NCBI GenBank assembly: GCA_004764695.1
Contig: SMSO01000033.1
Location: 806,001 to 870,000 of the forward strand
Length of the DNA: 64,000 nucleotides
DNA from: Schizochytrium sp. TIO01
Taxonomy: Eukaryota; Protista; Bigyra: Labyrinthulomycetes
Reading direction: 5' to 3'
The notes under the pieces were generated by a model. It made no database searches. It was not told where the DNA came from and was given only the letters and a program-made list of their open reading frames with translations. Shown in pieces: positions 57,701-64,000 of the stretch. The translations under genes and the position numbers were made by a program. Numbering within the stretch: the first letter of the stretch is position 1; each line of letters begins with the position of its first letter.

Positions 57701-58911
57701 TGCTAGAGGACGACCCGCATTTCGTGCCACCAGAAGTGCGGGATGCGATGGGCGCTCTCGTGAATTGCGTCGCAGGTTTCGATAAAGACGGCGCAGAAAT
57801 TGAAGTGCAAGACGCTTTGAACGAGATTCTGTACAAGGTTCAAGGTGGACCTGAACCCGAGGTTGTCGAGGTCCTGGATGCTGCGATTACACAGGGAGTG
57901 GAGATTTTTCTCTTCGAGGATCGGGCTGAGAAGAGACAAGCAAAGTTCCAAGGTAAACGTGTGGTGGTGACAATGGCCCCGGAGAGGGAAGGCGCACGAG
58001 TGCCACGAAAGTTTGGAGTTTGTGAAACAACTTACGATTATGATGTACCTATCCAAGCCCCACCAGAACCTGGGACTGGTGTAATATATTGTGAAATGGG
58101 GACTACGCAAGTCTATGGTTTTGAAGACACGTGTCAATTTCTGGCAGAAATTCGCATCGGGGATCTACTGTGTCTTCCCGATCCTAATGATTCTGCTGGC
58201 CTGGTAGAGCGTACGGTCGTGAGTATTTGGTATGACTATCACTTAGAAATTGATTTACCTTTTCCGGATGAGCTGGTCATGGAAGGTTGGACAAAGCAAT
58301 GGGCATTTCGTAAACCAGATGCAGTTCTCGAGTACGTGCCGAAACAATTTGCCACTGTTGAACTTGATGAAGGAGGCACGATTGATGTTGAGATTGAGCA
58401 AGTGGAGCTTGCCGAGGAGGAGATTCAGGCAATGGCAACTACGAGTGGTGAACTGGATTCAGAAACTAGTGATTCTGATGATTATTCTATCTATTCTGGC
58501 GATGAAGATTTTCCATTGGATGAGGACACACTTGGTGATAGCACGGGCAGTGCGAGACCTGGAGGTAGATCTTCAATGTCCGTGGGCACACGGCGAACAC
58601 GAGTTTCGCGTGTCTCTGGCAGATCTCAAGGTCGCCGGGGCCGGCGTAGGTCCTCGTCTGCTGCTTTGCAGATTTGGCAACGCTTTGAGGATGAGCAAGG
58701 AAACTCATATTGGGCCCAGATGAATGCTACAGACCCAGGAATCACAACATCCTGGCAAGAACCTTCGTACGGACCGAACGTGTGGTTTCAGTTTGAGGAT
58801 GAGGGCACCGGGTTTTACTATTTTTTCAAACCAAGCACCGGGGAAACAACATGGATCGAGCCCACCATATCCAACTCGAGCACTACCTCCAGCTCCGCCA
58901 TTAGCAAATAA
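48727..58911 (+). CDS. Giant 3394-aa multidomain protein: Cys-containing LRRs, IQ motifs, Sfi1-like repeats, KOW-like motif, MORN repeats, dynein stalk/MTBD-like hairpin, tandem WW domains
   Basis: Uninterrupted 10.2-kb ORF. LRR-CC (L..L.L.GC..LTD.G) about 49690-51370; IQ (IQRIGRGFLAR, IQARWRGVLGR and others); Trp-ending helical repeats 51730-52800; MORN (Y.G.W....PHG.G) 55725-56350; two WW at 58675-58863. Confidence 0.88.
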   Translation: MQRSRAAAQGEGHRPGGARELPRVAKVKFRSPKKGRGKRNSSGRPPSATQVQRRKRQREIKVIDNALVDHALLRDGEHNYLHQTSNNNSHESEDVGYKIGNKIGEYNYTSEFEQNDPSFESGPDTDRKVSKLDKAARRSGFVSAAMHSPTMRASPRRLPGLKFARPPGWDTQKQAKHYVTLRNSVPKEDFPRHLADGIQHLEDYERVRSPTSPPLDQGLHQRLPYTSTKSITQQEAIAQYHELLQKVHALSQAERLRKERQMTPGSHGDIRDDDGFGEEEALLGRGESAGATSNRAPHPSELEDLPFGHLAFHHLSCEPAEEIDLRHWREEISDDTLCRLLSCTLACRVLDIRGAKLISDVGLIRAVGFCPHLEILRIAGCERLTDDGIESALNICGHNLAELDLAKFASPPLQHEDSLSGMSTELWCNCCQGPRLRCADQPRNELFRSGERSTSLKISTKALYCLAQICIRLEVLVLREQHEAVTNDTMIAIASSCGDLRLIDVGECDRLGQETMKALGRKCGPKLQDVRVSKCKYINDQGLRSLIGKAFHLRCIDLSDLQKISDDGVRIFMDSKTMWGHIEHPGFHNVHAVYLRNCHELTDISLGWIASGCSQLETLDVQGCENLGDFGLRSIGGLNHLKTLNMQGCDGISDSGILQLSSNAKVEFGLEALPELHTVILSRCSRISEKGLLALVQTLSGSLSRLEVCYTGRISDDFIRHLALLSNNRLRCLRLSGHNNITAAGIGALGQRCKYLGELDVDCCEGFANDSLVSLQVLRHVHSLNLSYCPQLQGVLAVPNWKLQVLSLRACTALDDGALLTLLGLCQELRTIDLSECTNLTSRAFSSILRRRKEMPPNLDMLNVKSCPHVSDAIMKEIASAWRTSGLECEFVNADRFRGIRPNLAYQMALHSKNQVEAKRNATLASIMIQCRVRQRQAYQKLLILRREDYMRRTTAATQIQRIGRGFLARTFYYELRHVLNFLALRTQYLYRQYRIAKITKRALAIWKSRTISRAFFAWYENAQAQIDERRTEAIRKLVQQAADFFANTLLKNSWASWQNHVVHRRWKKVQYPKADAFYTERATCRYFDLWIDNARPGILRRKNLVKIFLLCLPLEVRNAQVSRSNIYAASRFYRRTQRSYAFSAWFQIVLQARENIKLADQLCYKHFLAKPHGPAHEILTYWRRFTVYKMEIKEKERVLRSHIVTMRQARVVAHLAYLAGRRALHVKQTAVARTLFSAQESRKAFRRWIEYQHELREAKAKAQRALAFMRNASLVRSLHAWRQAIEIRKTYDVKIERSIARMLQRYVAKCFHTWNYVVRQQRAFKERSLRRIASRRLAHVLDCWKDFVTEHRIRRQSQLQSWYLLNKTVVRIQARWRGVLGREQIEDMRLLKQFMAIKIQQFCRIVLAKKRAFRAERMKILRLYISEEHERDLMAYEDMVAQDMQKEFKAARLVQQNFRARHARDMVYFAKRELARQKEIKRREHQHQLLLEHEAKMEERRLEQEKKDHLTSKIQGVVRGMIARKRYMVVWARAYMDRQATKIQSISRLRAALHKLAAERRWNALIKQTAKQQRTNARILRAMRLKNRSQQKMAMVPLDMLGIHPDTFTLDLNQLRKEVMYDFRDWTRFARSQFDAYRRAGMNTSQRQEIIRAFYERVKDEQWITKGNAIKIVSKQSPYRGETGYVLNVQEVSTVPGGAQASIRLDRTGTIILLPLMTTPTASEDSVSSMIRVKKMDKDFAKTKLTPELVHSNREALIEYAEGLKEETKQRRAALLIQRHFRGKKFRKYFKEAYAKQVEIDKAKQEKLLKLLRKLGLENARTGRLLVALGLVWPRYVPEMPDKPFAVETWAKKRQMYYEMWNYRRFQVLLARDERKLRVRDLKKKFKKDEDFAEDSEELTKPTLLLQNGESRPGTNMSVREPNSVTHIPADVIDEAGGGGGVEANNTSIVALEVPSLPDTHVSLFRRSLLDSLLAAEGHMSEEQEAVMPWRIRNPFKAAFWRGVYAMTDLALAPAAEAILIKSQKKREKGEIPLAILLQILAKAVGGPQWRQSPIKRLTWVGVYNFDQLHESCHVTMGGAAVFHGTWNTRGVPHGLGFLELPEGRGLERIREKYAIYLLPNKDDDEESEMYRSLMASRKQLRHDKWVEKTRRKIREVSRSLNEISKNTDEEKKEESDDDDGEEYQTDTDDEIVADPEYIGRKGISGRLQMREDIVASESAPSTPSMTMRQNSDDSFRIFGDATGPNDLLYVTIAAKVNNGEIVGNVKIHFKTGDTYEGGYFGEKKHAWLDASRASVDFVKLAYDDDVEAWMPSEEEFDALETVNRWTTQSNIVYEGESVTHHFRPNHLQGVVRVTWPEDEVYFGEMREGKKYGFGRLSMPTGDEYRGQWKDDQPHGVGIYFWEENRTAYAGDFLNGFRQGLGKQTFPDGSRYEGEYKQDQPTGTGTMMKPNGDVYAGEFLEGSFHGKGLMNYADGSEYEGSWKKNRRHSSIGETSRYINTEGDVYHVTFVNDEMDGQGTFLQAKLNPWKLVKHGVWRHGKLSHWVGVSINIESTNEFCSRFVIYGDYSSQYAALVAQNLPELPSGVDPDDRRVEQHVNGILRRAGPLASASVVSRSEKALAEFQPKYDALLETKEAADESLARATKQWTADKEAHDEQDMLYENLSAELENLRLTLKGFWRRGTKEHRLKRSFKRAYKRLRSFDTLEWFACKMTTFTPPLWIGLWRAIAKIHLPELDKRSYQSNDMERLCNSAAINRDYGEHSALLRDYNIKLLDEIAFYNVYERTKQKQMLKEVGSIVHQRDLNPRNSELTQICPLAGPLISYVKAAYNYTVAARPLAEVMEKALMKLDEVEHAKSLLQTRKEQLHTSETKLYECDRAVQIATIELENSKVRLHEIQLNLQRARECQAVAQEAAESERLLHKFTRAEELDDSPIDPWMSREDEVIFNHCLDAIEYMIDLLENVEPEVWDCMWTMKELTVARFQYQEEYQMLEDDPHFVPPEVRDAMGALVNCVAGFDKDGAEIEVQDALNEILYKVQGGPEPEVVEVLDAAITQGVEIFLFEDRAEKRQAKFQGKRVVVTMAPEREGARVPRKFGVCETTYDYDVPIQAPPEPGTGVIYCEMGTTQVYGFEDTCQFLAEIRIGDLLCLPDPNDSAGLVERTVVSIWYDYHLEIDLPFPDELVMEGWTKQWAFRKPDAVLEYVPKQFATVELDEGGTIDVEIEQVELAEEEIQAMATTSGELDSETSDSDDYSIYSGDEDFPLDEDTLGDSTGSARPGGRSSMSVGTRRTRVSRVSGRSQGRRGRRRSSSAALQIWQRFEDEQGNSYWAQMNATDPGITTSWQEPSYGPNVWFQFEDEGTGFYYFFKPSTGETTWIEPTISNSSTTSSSAISK

Positions 58912-59221
58912 GCTCACCAGATTTCTGGAACAGCTTCAGTGATGAACTTCTCTAATTTTGTGTCTTTTATTGTAAATAAATTTTGCCTACCTTTAAAAGC
59001 CTGAAGTCCAAATTCTCTGTCTACTTAGACTCACGCATCAATCGAATGCGATTAAACGAATCCGTTTCTACCAGTACCTGGGTACTTGTTTGGCCTTGAG
59101 ATTCTAGTTTAACGGATTGACAGGACTGACAAGTGAGCGAGAATTCCAGATAAATGATATATTCTCATTATTTAGGTCTTTGTGAAGAAGTGGAGATTAG
59201 GTAAGAAACTGGAATGATCAA

Positions 59222-60060
59222 GGGACCACCAAGTTCCAAGTACTACAAGTGAAGCAAATCTTCAATTCAAGTTATCAAAGTACTTCAACCAGAGGTTTGG
59301 GGGCTCAGCAAGTGCCCTTTGGACGCTTTCCCGAATGACAACGTTGGGCGCACCTAAGGCTTCGGAATGTTCCGGCGGCCGCGAGCAGCGCAGAATTGAC
59401 CGTACCATTATCTATGCTGGAGTGTCTTCCGCCAAGCAAAAGGAGAATTTTAAATGATACATTGGTGATCTCCAGCGTACCTATTCAGACGGCTCTGCTG
59501 TCAACAAAGACATTGGCAGCAGGGTCAACTACAGAAGGGCGGGCTTCCGGACCTGCTGGACCACCGGGATTCACCGTAAGCTTTCGCTTCGACCCTGTGG
59601 AAACTACGGTGTTATCCTTTTGCCAAAATCTGAAAACTCAACAAGCTAACTTGATCGTAGATCAAATCCAAGACAGCTCGAATGATGTATCATTCGTTGG
59701 CTTTCGAGAAGCTCTCATTCACAAAGACGAGTTCCCCACCCCCCCTGCCAGTGGTGTAAATTGTTTAGTTGCCGAGAGTATTCTACTTCAAAACCATACA
59801 ATGAATGTGGTACCATCCACGACGAGCTGGGAACATCCAAGATTTCCCAAATGCCCCAAAAAAATGCAAACGCGTAGCCTATAGTGATAGATACATACGC
59901 CTCCAGAGATATCCTTTTTTGCTGCCTATCCAAGGGCATGAATAAAGAGTTGTCAAAGAGTTGTCTTTGAGTCCCGGGTTGGTCTTTACCCGCGATTGGG
60001 TCTTGGCCTCACTTTGTCACCATAGGAAATGCAAGTTTTGCAAATTTTACAGTTTAGTCT
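59222..60060 (+). mobile_element. Internally deleted, decayed IS607-family element: TnpA serine recombinase 5' part joined to Fanzor2 (TnpB-like) 3' part, with candidate ends
   Basis: TnpA: IIYAGVSSAKQKENFK*YI.DLQ..Y......KDIGSRVNYRRAGFRT(LLD) at 59407-59560. Fanzor: IHRKLSLRPCGNYGVILLPKSE/TQQ, IKSKTARMM, FREALIHK, WCKLFSCREYSTSKPYNECGTIHDELGTSKI/KCPK/CK.VAYSD/ASRDIL at 59569-59970. Boundaries approximate. Confidence 0.88.
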
Positions 60061-60753
60061 CTCAGTGTCTACTACTTAATGTTATTAGTACCTACTTAGA
60101 TAATACTGGTAGGCCTACAGTCAAACGTATGCGAGTCTTTCACAGGAACCTCAAGGGGCATTGTATAACTTTTATTTTTTTCCCGTTCCACATAACTTCC
60201 TCTGGTATATAGAGAAAAGGAATTCCAGTCCTTTGTCCTGGGGCTCTATCCATACTTGGCACCTATTTGTGTGGGGGTATACTGGAACTCCTACACGCCA
60301 CTCGCGCGCGGCCGACTCGTAGTATGGACTCCTCCAAAGCGACTCGGAGAAGAGGCTTTGGTCAGCAAGTGAACAGTTGCGGTGCGCGAGCGTGGCGTGA
60401 AAGGTCACCTCCGGCGCGGGAAAAGCTTGCAGGCTGCTCTGGGGGGAGGAAGAACTACCCCCCTTGGCGGAGATCTCTTGTGGTTTGGCCTGGCGGACGC
60501 TCGCTCGTCCTCGGCGCAAGATTGCCAGCTCTAGAGAGCAGCGACAGCAACAACGTTGCGATCGTCTCCGCTGGCCCTTGCTGAGAATTCGATCTCTCTG
60601 AGATCTCTTGGGTCTGATTTCCATTGATCTCTTAAACTTCTTTTGCGACCGAGTTATCGCTGCTGGGATTCGGCTTCGCGTATCAAAAGATTTATAACAA
60701 CGGCGGCTTTAGTGTACTTGATTGGACCCAAAAAGAGATACTAGACTCAAACG

Positions 60754-62952
60754 ATGCCAAGTCCCAACGAAGAGGTACAAGACGTGCAAAACTCAGCTGG
60801 TGAAGGGGTAGGACACGAGAGCGGTGCACATGATCACCATCATGAGCACGATGACATCCAGCGCCACATGGATCACCATCATCAACACGAACATGACCAG
60901 CACAATGGAACCCATGAGCTCATATCTCAAGCGGACCACCATGAAGATGTTACAGAAATAGAGCGTGACGCGTCTACTCGAGCAGGTGGTTATACCACAC
61001 CTGTGCCGGCGCAGCTTACGCAAGGACGAAGTCCTGTTCCTGGAATTGCAGGCTCAGGTGCTTCTGCCACACTTACTGGTCTACACGAAACTGACCCAGG
61101 GATGACTGCTCATAATAATGGTAATGGGGAAACCGATGACTTTGATCTTAGTGCGAGCACACAGGAGCATCAGCAGCAACAACGCCGCCGAGAAAACCAA
61201 GGACGTGGAGGAGACCCGGATCATCATCATGAGCACCAGGACAGTGTCGCTGGCCAGCCGATGGCTGAGGACATTGTTTCTGCAGATGATTCTTCGTCAA
61301 TCCCACCGCTGCCACGAAATACAAGGCCTGGTACTACTCGTTCAAATGGTGAACGTCTATTTGTAAATGGCGAGCCGTTCTCGAAGCGACGCTGCCTCTG
61401 CGAGCGGGTTGATTTGGTGAGCATCAAGGGAGAAACATCATGGTGTCGGTACGCGGAGGAGCTGATGGGTGAAGAAAAGCATGAGTGTTTTGACTGGATG
61501 GTCACCTTGCCACCAAAGGGTAGTCCAGGTGAAATTCGTCATGGTGTGAATATTAGGGAGCGTTGGCTTCAACACCTTGGCTTGACGGAAGCTATGATTG
61601 AGGGTGTGAAGGACCAGCGGATCCGCTGGACTCACTTCCCTGCTAAATGCTGGGATTCTGCAGTCAAGGCTCGCCAGGAGCTTCGACAGCAGGCACAGAA
61701 ACGAATTGAAGATCTCAGAGCAAAGGCAACGTTGGCGCACAACTCTGCTGATGCCCAACCTGATACGGCAGCAGGTCGCGCACAAAGAGCAGCCGCTTAC
61801 GCAGAAGTGAAATTGCTGTTGGCAAAGATTGAGAGTATTCAAGAAGAGGCTGACAAACCCAAAAGAACATTGCGGCGACTCACCTGGTTCGTGGACCGGG
61901 ATATGGACGACTCACCTGAGGATTATATTATGTACCGTCGACGCCGTGATCGTGGCGAGCTCGTCCCTAAGGCTTTAGCTATGCCTAATGTAAAATGGGA
62001 TGATCTCAAGCCCAAGTTGCAGAAAGCTCCAGCCCCGGCATCAGAAGTATTGTCTGATTTATTCACCTGGACCAAAAACCTTGTAGCAGATGCGTTAACG
62101 GATTCAGATGCAACAGAACAGAAGACAAATGGTGAAGATACAGGAGATGGGTCTTCAGGTGAGGCGAAAGAGGAAGATCTTGAGAAAGCACCTGTGATTT
62201 CGTCATTTCAACTTTTTGGTGTTTCAGGTGCAGATTTACAGAAACTAGAGCAAAGTTTAACACCTGAAGAGCGCGCTTCACTTGATGAAAAGGATCGCCT
62301 CGCTTTTGTTGAACATGAGAACGAATTGTTGAGACGAGTACTAATGTCAATGAAGCCAACATTTGAAATGGTCATGCAGAAATTTGCTGACAAGTTGCGT
62401 AGGAACGAGGTATCCTCTGATGTGGGTTCAGGCTCTCGAAAGGGTGGCCAATCTAAAACTTTGGGTGATTCAATAGATCAGGCCGGTGAGGTGCCGTACA
62501 AGCACAGGGGAGGCTCTGAGGATACGCTAACCCGCGAAAATCCAATGAATCCATCTGAGCGACGTCATTCTGCCACTTTGCTTGGAGACGGACCTCCTCA
62601 TCAGGAAACAGGAAATGAAGATTTGGACTCTCGTTCTCTAGATCCGACCCGAGGCGATGAAATGGATGAAGATGTGAATGAGCGTCCGACGAAACGGGCA
62701 CGCCGAGAAGAGGCTGAAGATATTGAAGAAGATGTCAGCAATGTTGATGGGCAACGAGCTGCAGGTAACGATGCTATTAGGGCTGAAGCAGGGTCGGGAA
62801 TGGTTGTGGAGAATGGACAGCATGGTGGAAATGAAATTGGGCAGGTTCATGGACCCGGCAATGACATCGTCAATAGTCAAGTTCAAGACGAAAATATGTC
62901 AAAGCAGGAAGGTGACGATGTTGATGTCCAAGCTGAAGAAACCTTGGAGTAG
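60754..62952 (+). CDS. Uncharacterised His-rich/acidic protein with a central divergent THAP-like module
   Basis: 732-aa ORF with disordered His-rich N-terminus and acidic C-terminus; core RRCLC...C...LP...RERWLQHLG...RIRWTHFP. Confidence 0.7.
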   Translation: MPSPNEEVQDVQNSAGEGVGHESGAHDHHHEHDDIQRHMDHHHQHEHDQHNGTHELISQADHHEDVTEIERDASTRAGGYTTPVPAQLTQGRSPVPGIAGSGASATLTGLHETDPGMTAHNNGNGETDDFDLSASTQEHQQQQRRRENQGRGGDPDHHHEHQDSVAGQPMAEDIVSADDSSSIPPLPRNTRPGTTRSNGERLFVNGEPFSKRRCLCERVDLVSIKGETSWCRYAEELMGEEKHECFDWMVTLPPKGSPGEIRHGVNIRERWLQHLGLTEAMIEGVKDQRIRWTHFPAKCWDSAVKARQELRQQAQKRIEDLRAKATLAHNSADAQPDTAAGRAQRAAAYAEVKLLLAKIESIQEEADKPKRTLRRLTWFVDRDMDDSPEDYIMYRRRRDRGELVPKALAMPNVKWDDLKPKLQKAPAPASEVLSDLFTWTKNLVADALTDSDATEQKTNGEDTGDGSSGEAKEEDLEKAPVISSFQLFGVSGADLQKLEQSLTPEERASLDEKDRLAFVEHENELLRRVLMSMKPTFEMVMQKFADKLRRNEVSSDVGSGSRKGGQSKTLGDSIDQAGEVPYKHRGGSEDTLTRENPMNPSERRHSATLLGDGPPHQETGNEDLDSRSLDPTRGDEMDEDVNERPTKRARREEAEDIEEDVSNVDGQRAAGNDAIRAEAGSGMVVENGQHGGNEIGQVHGPGNDIVNSQVQDENMSKQEGDDVDVQAEETLE

Positions 62953-63664
62953 AGTAAAATAGTTGATCACACACAAAAATGTTTGTTTCCTTATTATTTT
63001 GATTGATCGCTTCGATTGTAGGAGTACTAGCAATACCCCCACAGCAGTTGCTTGCGTCGAACTCGCGTTGAGCTCCCCATCGAACAGAGGACGATTAAGC
63101 ATCGCGAATCAGATGCAACGTTACGTTAGCTTCTCTCAATAAAGTTGTTTCTTATGCCCCCACCAGGGGATTCGAATATTTCCCTTCAGACATGAGTCAA
63201 ATCAAGGGTAGGCAGATCGGCTTGGAACTGGGAAACATAAGGTTGTTTGTAAAATAGCTGTAGTATTTGAATTATTAGATGAGTGAAAGAGTATATGAGG
63301 TATGTAGAGCCTAGTATGGAGTACATATATAGAAGAACAGAGGTGATATTTAATGACGTTGACTTCGGCGAAATAATTTGCGATAACGATGAACAACATA
63401 TACGAGCGTTAACCCGCAGAATTATAAAGATGCGCGAGAAGGTAGATGATGAAAGGTAAAAAAAAGGGATCAATCGTCTTGCTTTCTTTTCAGAAGAGCA
63501 GGACATTCGTTGTGATAAGAAGTAGCGCAATATGAGAAAGGAGATCTTTCACAACAACAAAAGACGAAACAAGATGTATTCCTCTTAGTCAGGAGCGAAC
63601 GATTGCGCTCTCCAGCAAGAGGTCAACAGTCGTTATGCTTTCATATAAGCCTAACTATGAAGAC

Positions 63665-64000
63665 TTAAGCTTGGGCCAAAGCTGCATTGTTATCGTTGTT
63701 GTTATCATCGGTTGGGTCGTTTTTAGCCTTCTCCTTGGGCGGGTTGGCATAAGAAGAATGGACGCTGTGAACAGAGCCGTTCTGGTTTGAGTAAGTAGAG
63801 CGTGAGACATCCGGGAAGAAGTCGGGGTAGGCATGACCACCGTGGGAGCTGTTATCAATACCAATCTCTTCAGCCTGTGCACTAATGCGAAGGAAGTTGA
63901 GCTTACGGAGGACAAAGAAGTAGGGGAAGATCAAGGCGGTGACCCAGGGGACAATACAAACAATTTCAACAAGCTGGCATCCAAGAAGAATTCCATTGCC
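63665..64000 (-). CDS. AMT: Ammonium transporter (Amt1 family), C-terminal part; gene starts beyond the window
   Basis: Open from 64000: GNGILLGCQLVEIVCIVPWV...FFVLRKLNFLRISAQAEEIGIDNSSHGGHAY, matching the Amt TM11 and cytosolic LR+..E.E..G+D...HGG.AY motif. Confidence 0.9.
   Translation of the reverse strand, partial: GNGILLGCQLVEIVCIVPWVTALIFPYFFVLRKLNFLRISAQAEEIGIDNSSHGGHAYPDFFPDVSRSTYSNQNGSVHSVHSSYANPPKEKAKNDPTDDNNNDNNAALAQA

Noticed and set aside
59396-59884. 162-aa ORF as a real gene
   Set aside because: Mostly an off-frame read-through of the decayed IS607/Fanzor relic; only short stretches (TQQ, FREALIHK, KCPK) are in the ancestral frame
1-64000. CRISPR arrays, rRNA, tRNA or snRNA genes
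   Set aside because: No repeat-spacer array, cloverleaf or recognisable structural RNA seen by eye; a covariance-model search would be needed to exclude small RNAs

Overview
Eukaryotic, intron-poor nuclear DNA: long single-exon CDSs separated by AT-rich spacers with microsatellites, and only one clear GT-AG intron. Gene style and content suggest a flagellated stramenopile, probably a thraustochytrid/labyrinthulomycete; this is inference, not a database result. About 17 protein genes: a partial low-complexity gene, kinesin-9 (KIF9), CCDC57, proteasome chaperone PAC2, PABPN1, a 3xRRM Nam8/RBP45-like protein, a spliced Rho/Rac GTPase, two orphan coiled-coil proteins, an EGF-like + 7TM protein, mitoribosomal mL40, an LPCAT-type acyltransferase with EF-hands, GCP4 carrying a lectin-fold insertion and overlapping tail-to-tail with Msp1/ATAD1, a 3394-aa LRR/IQ/Sfi1/MORN/dynein-stalk-like/WW protein, a His-rich protein with a THAP-like module, and the 3' end of an ammonium transporter. 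The main hidden signal is broken up by stops and frameshifts in the ORF track. Intergenic spacers hold two clear and one tentative decayed copies of an IS607-type transposon carrying a serine-recombinase TnpA and a Fanzor2 (TnpB-derived RNA-guided nuclease), at about 39.3-39.8 kb, 59.2-60.1 kb and 47.1-48.0 kb. The 59 kb copy retains candidate element ends and an omegaRNA-like 3' region. All assignments come from motif recognition by eye.
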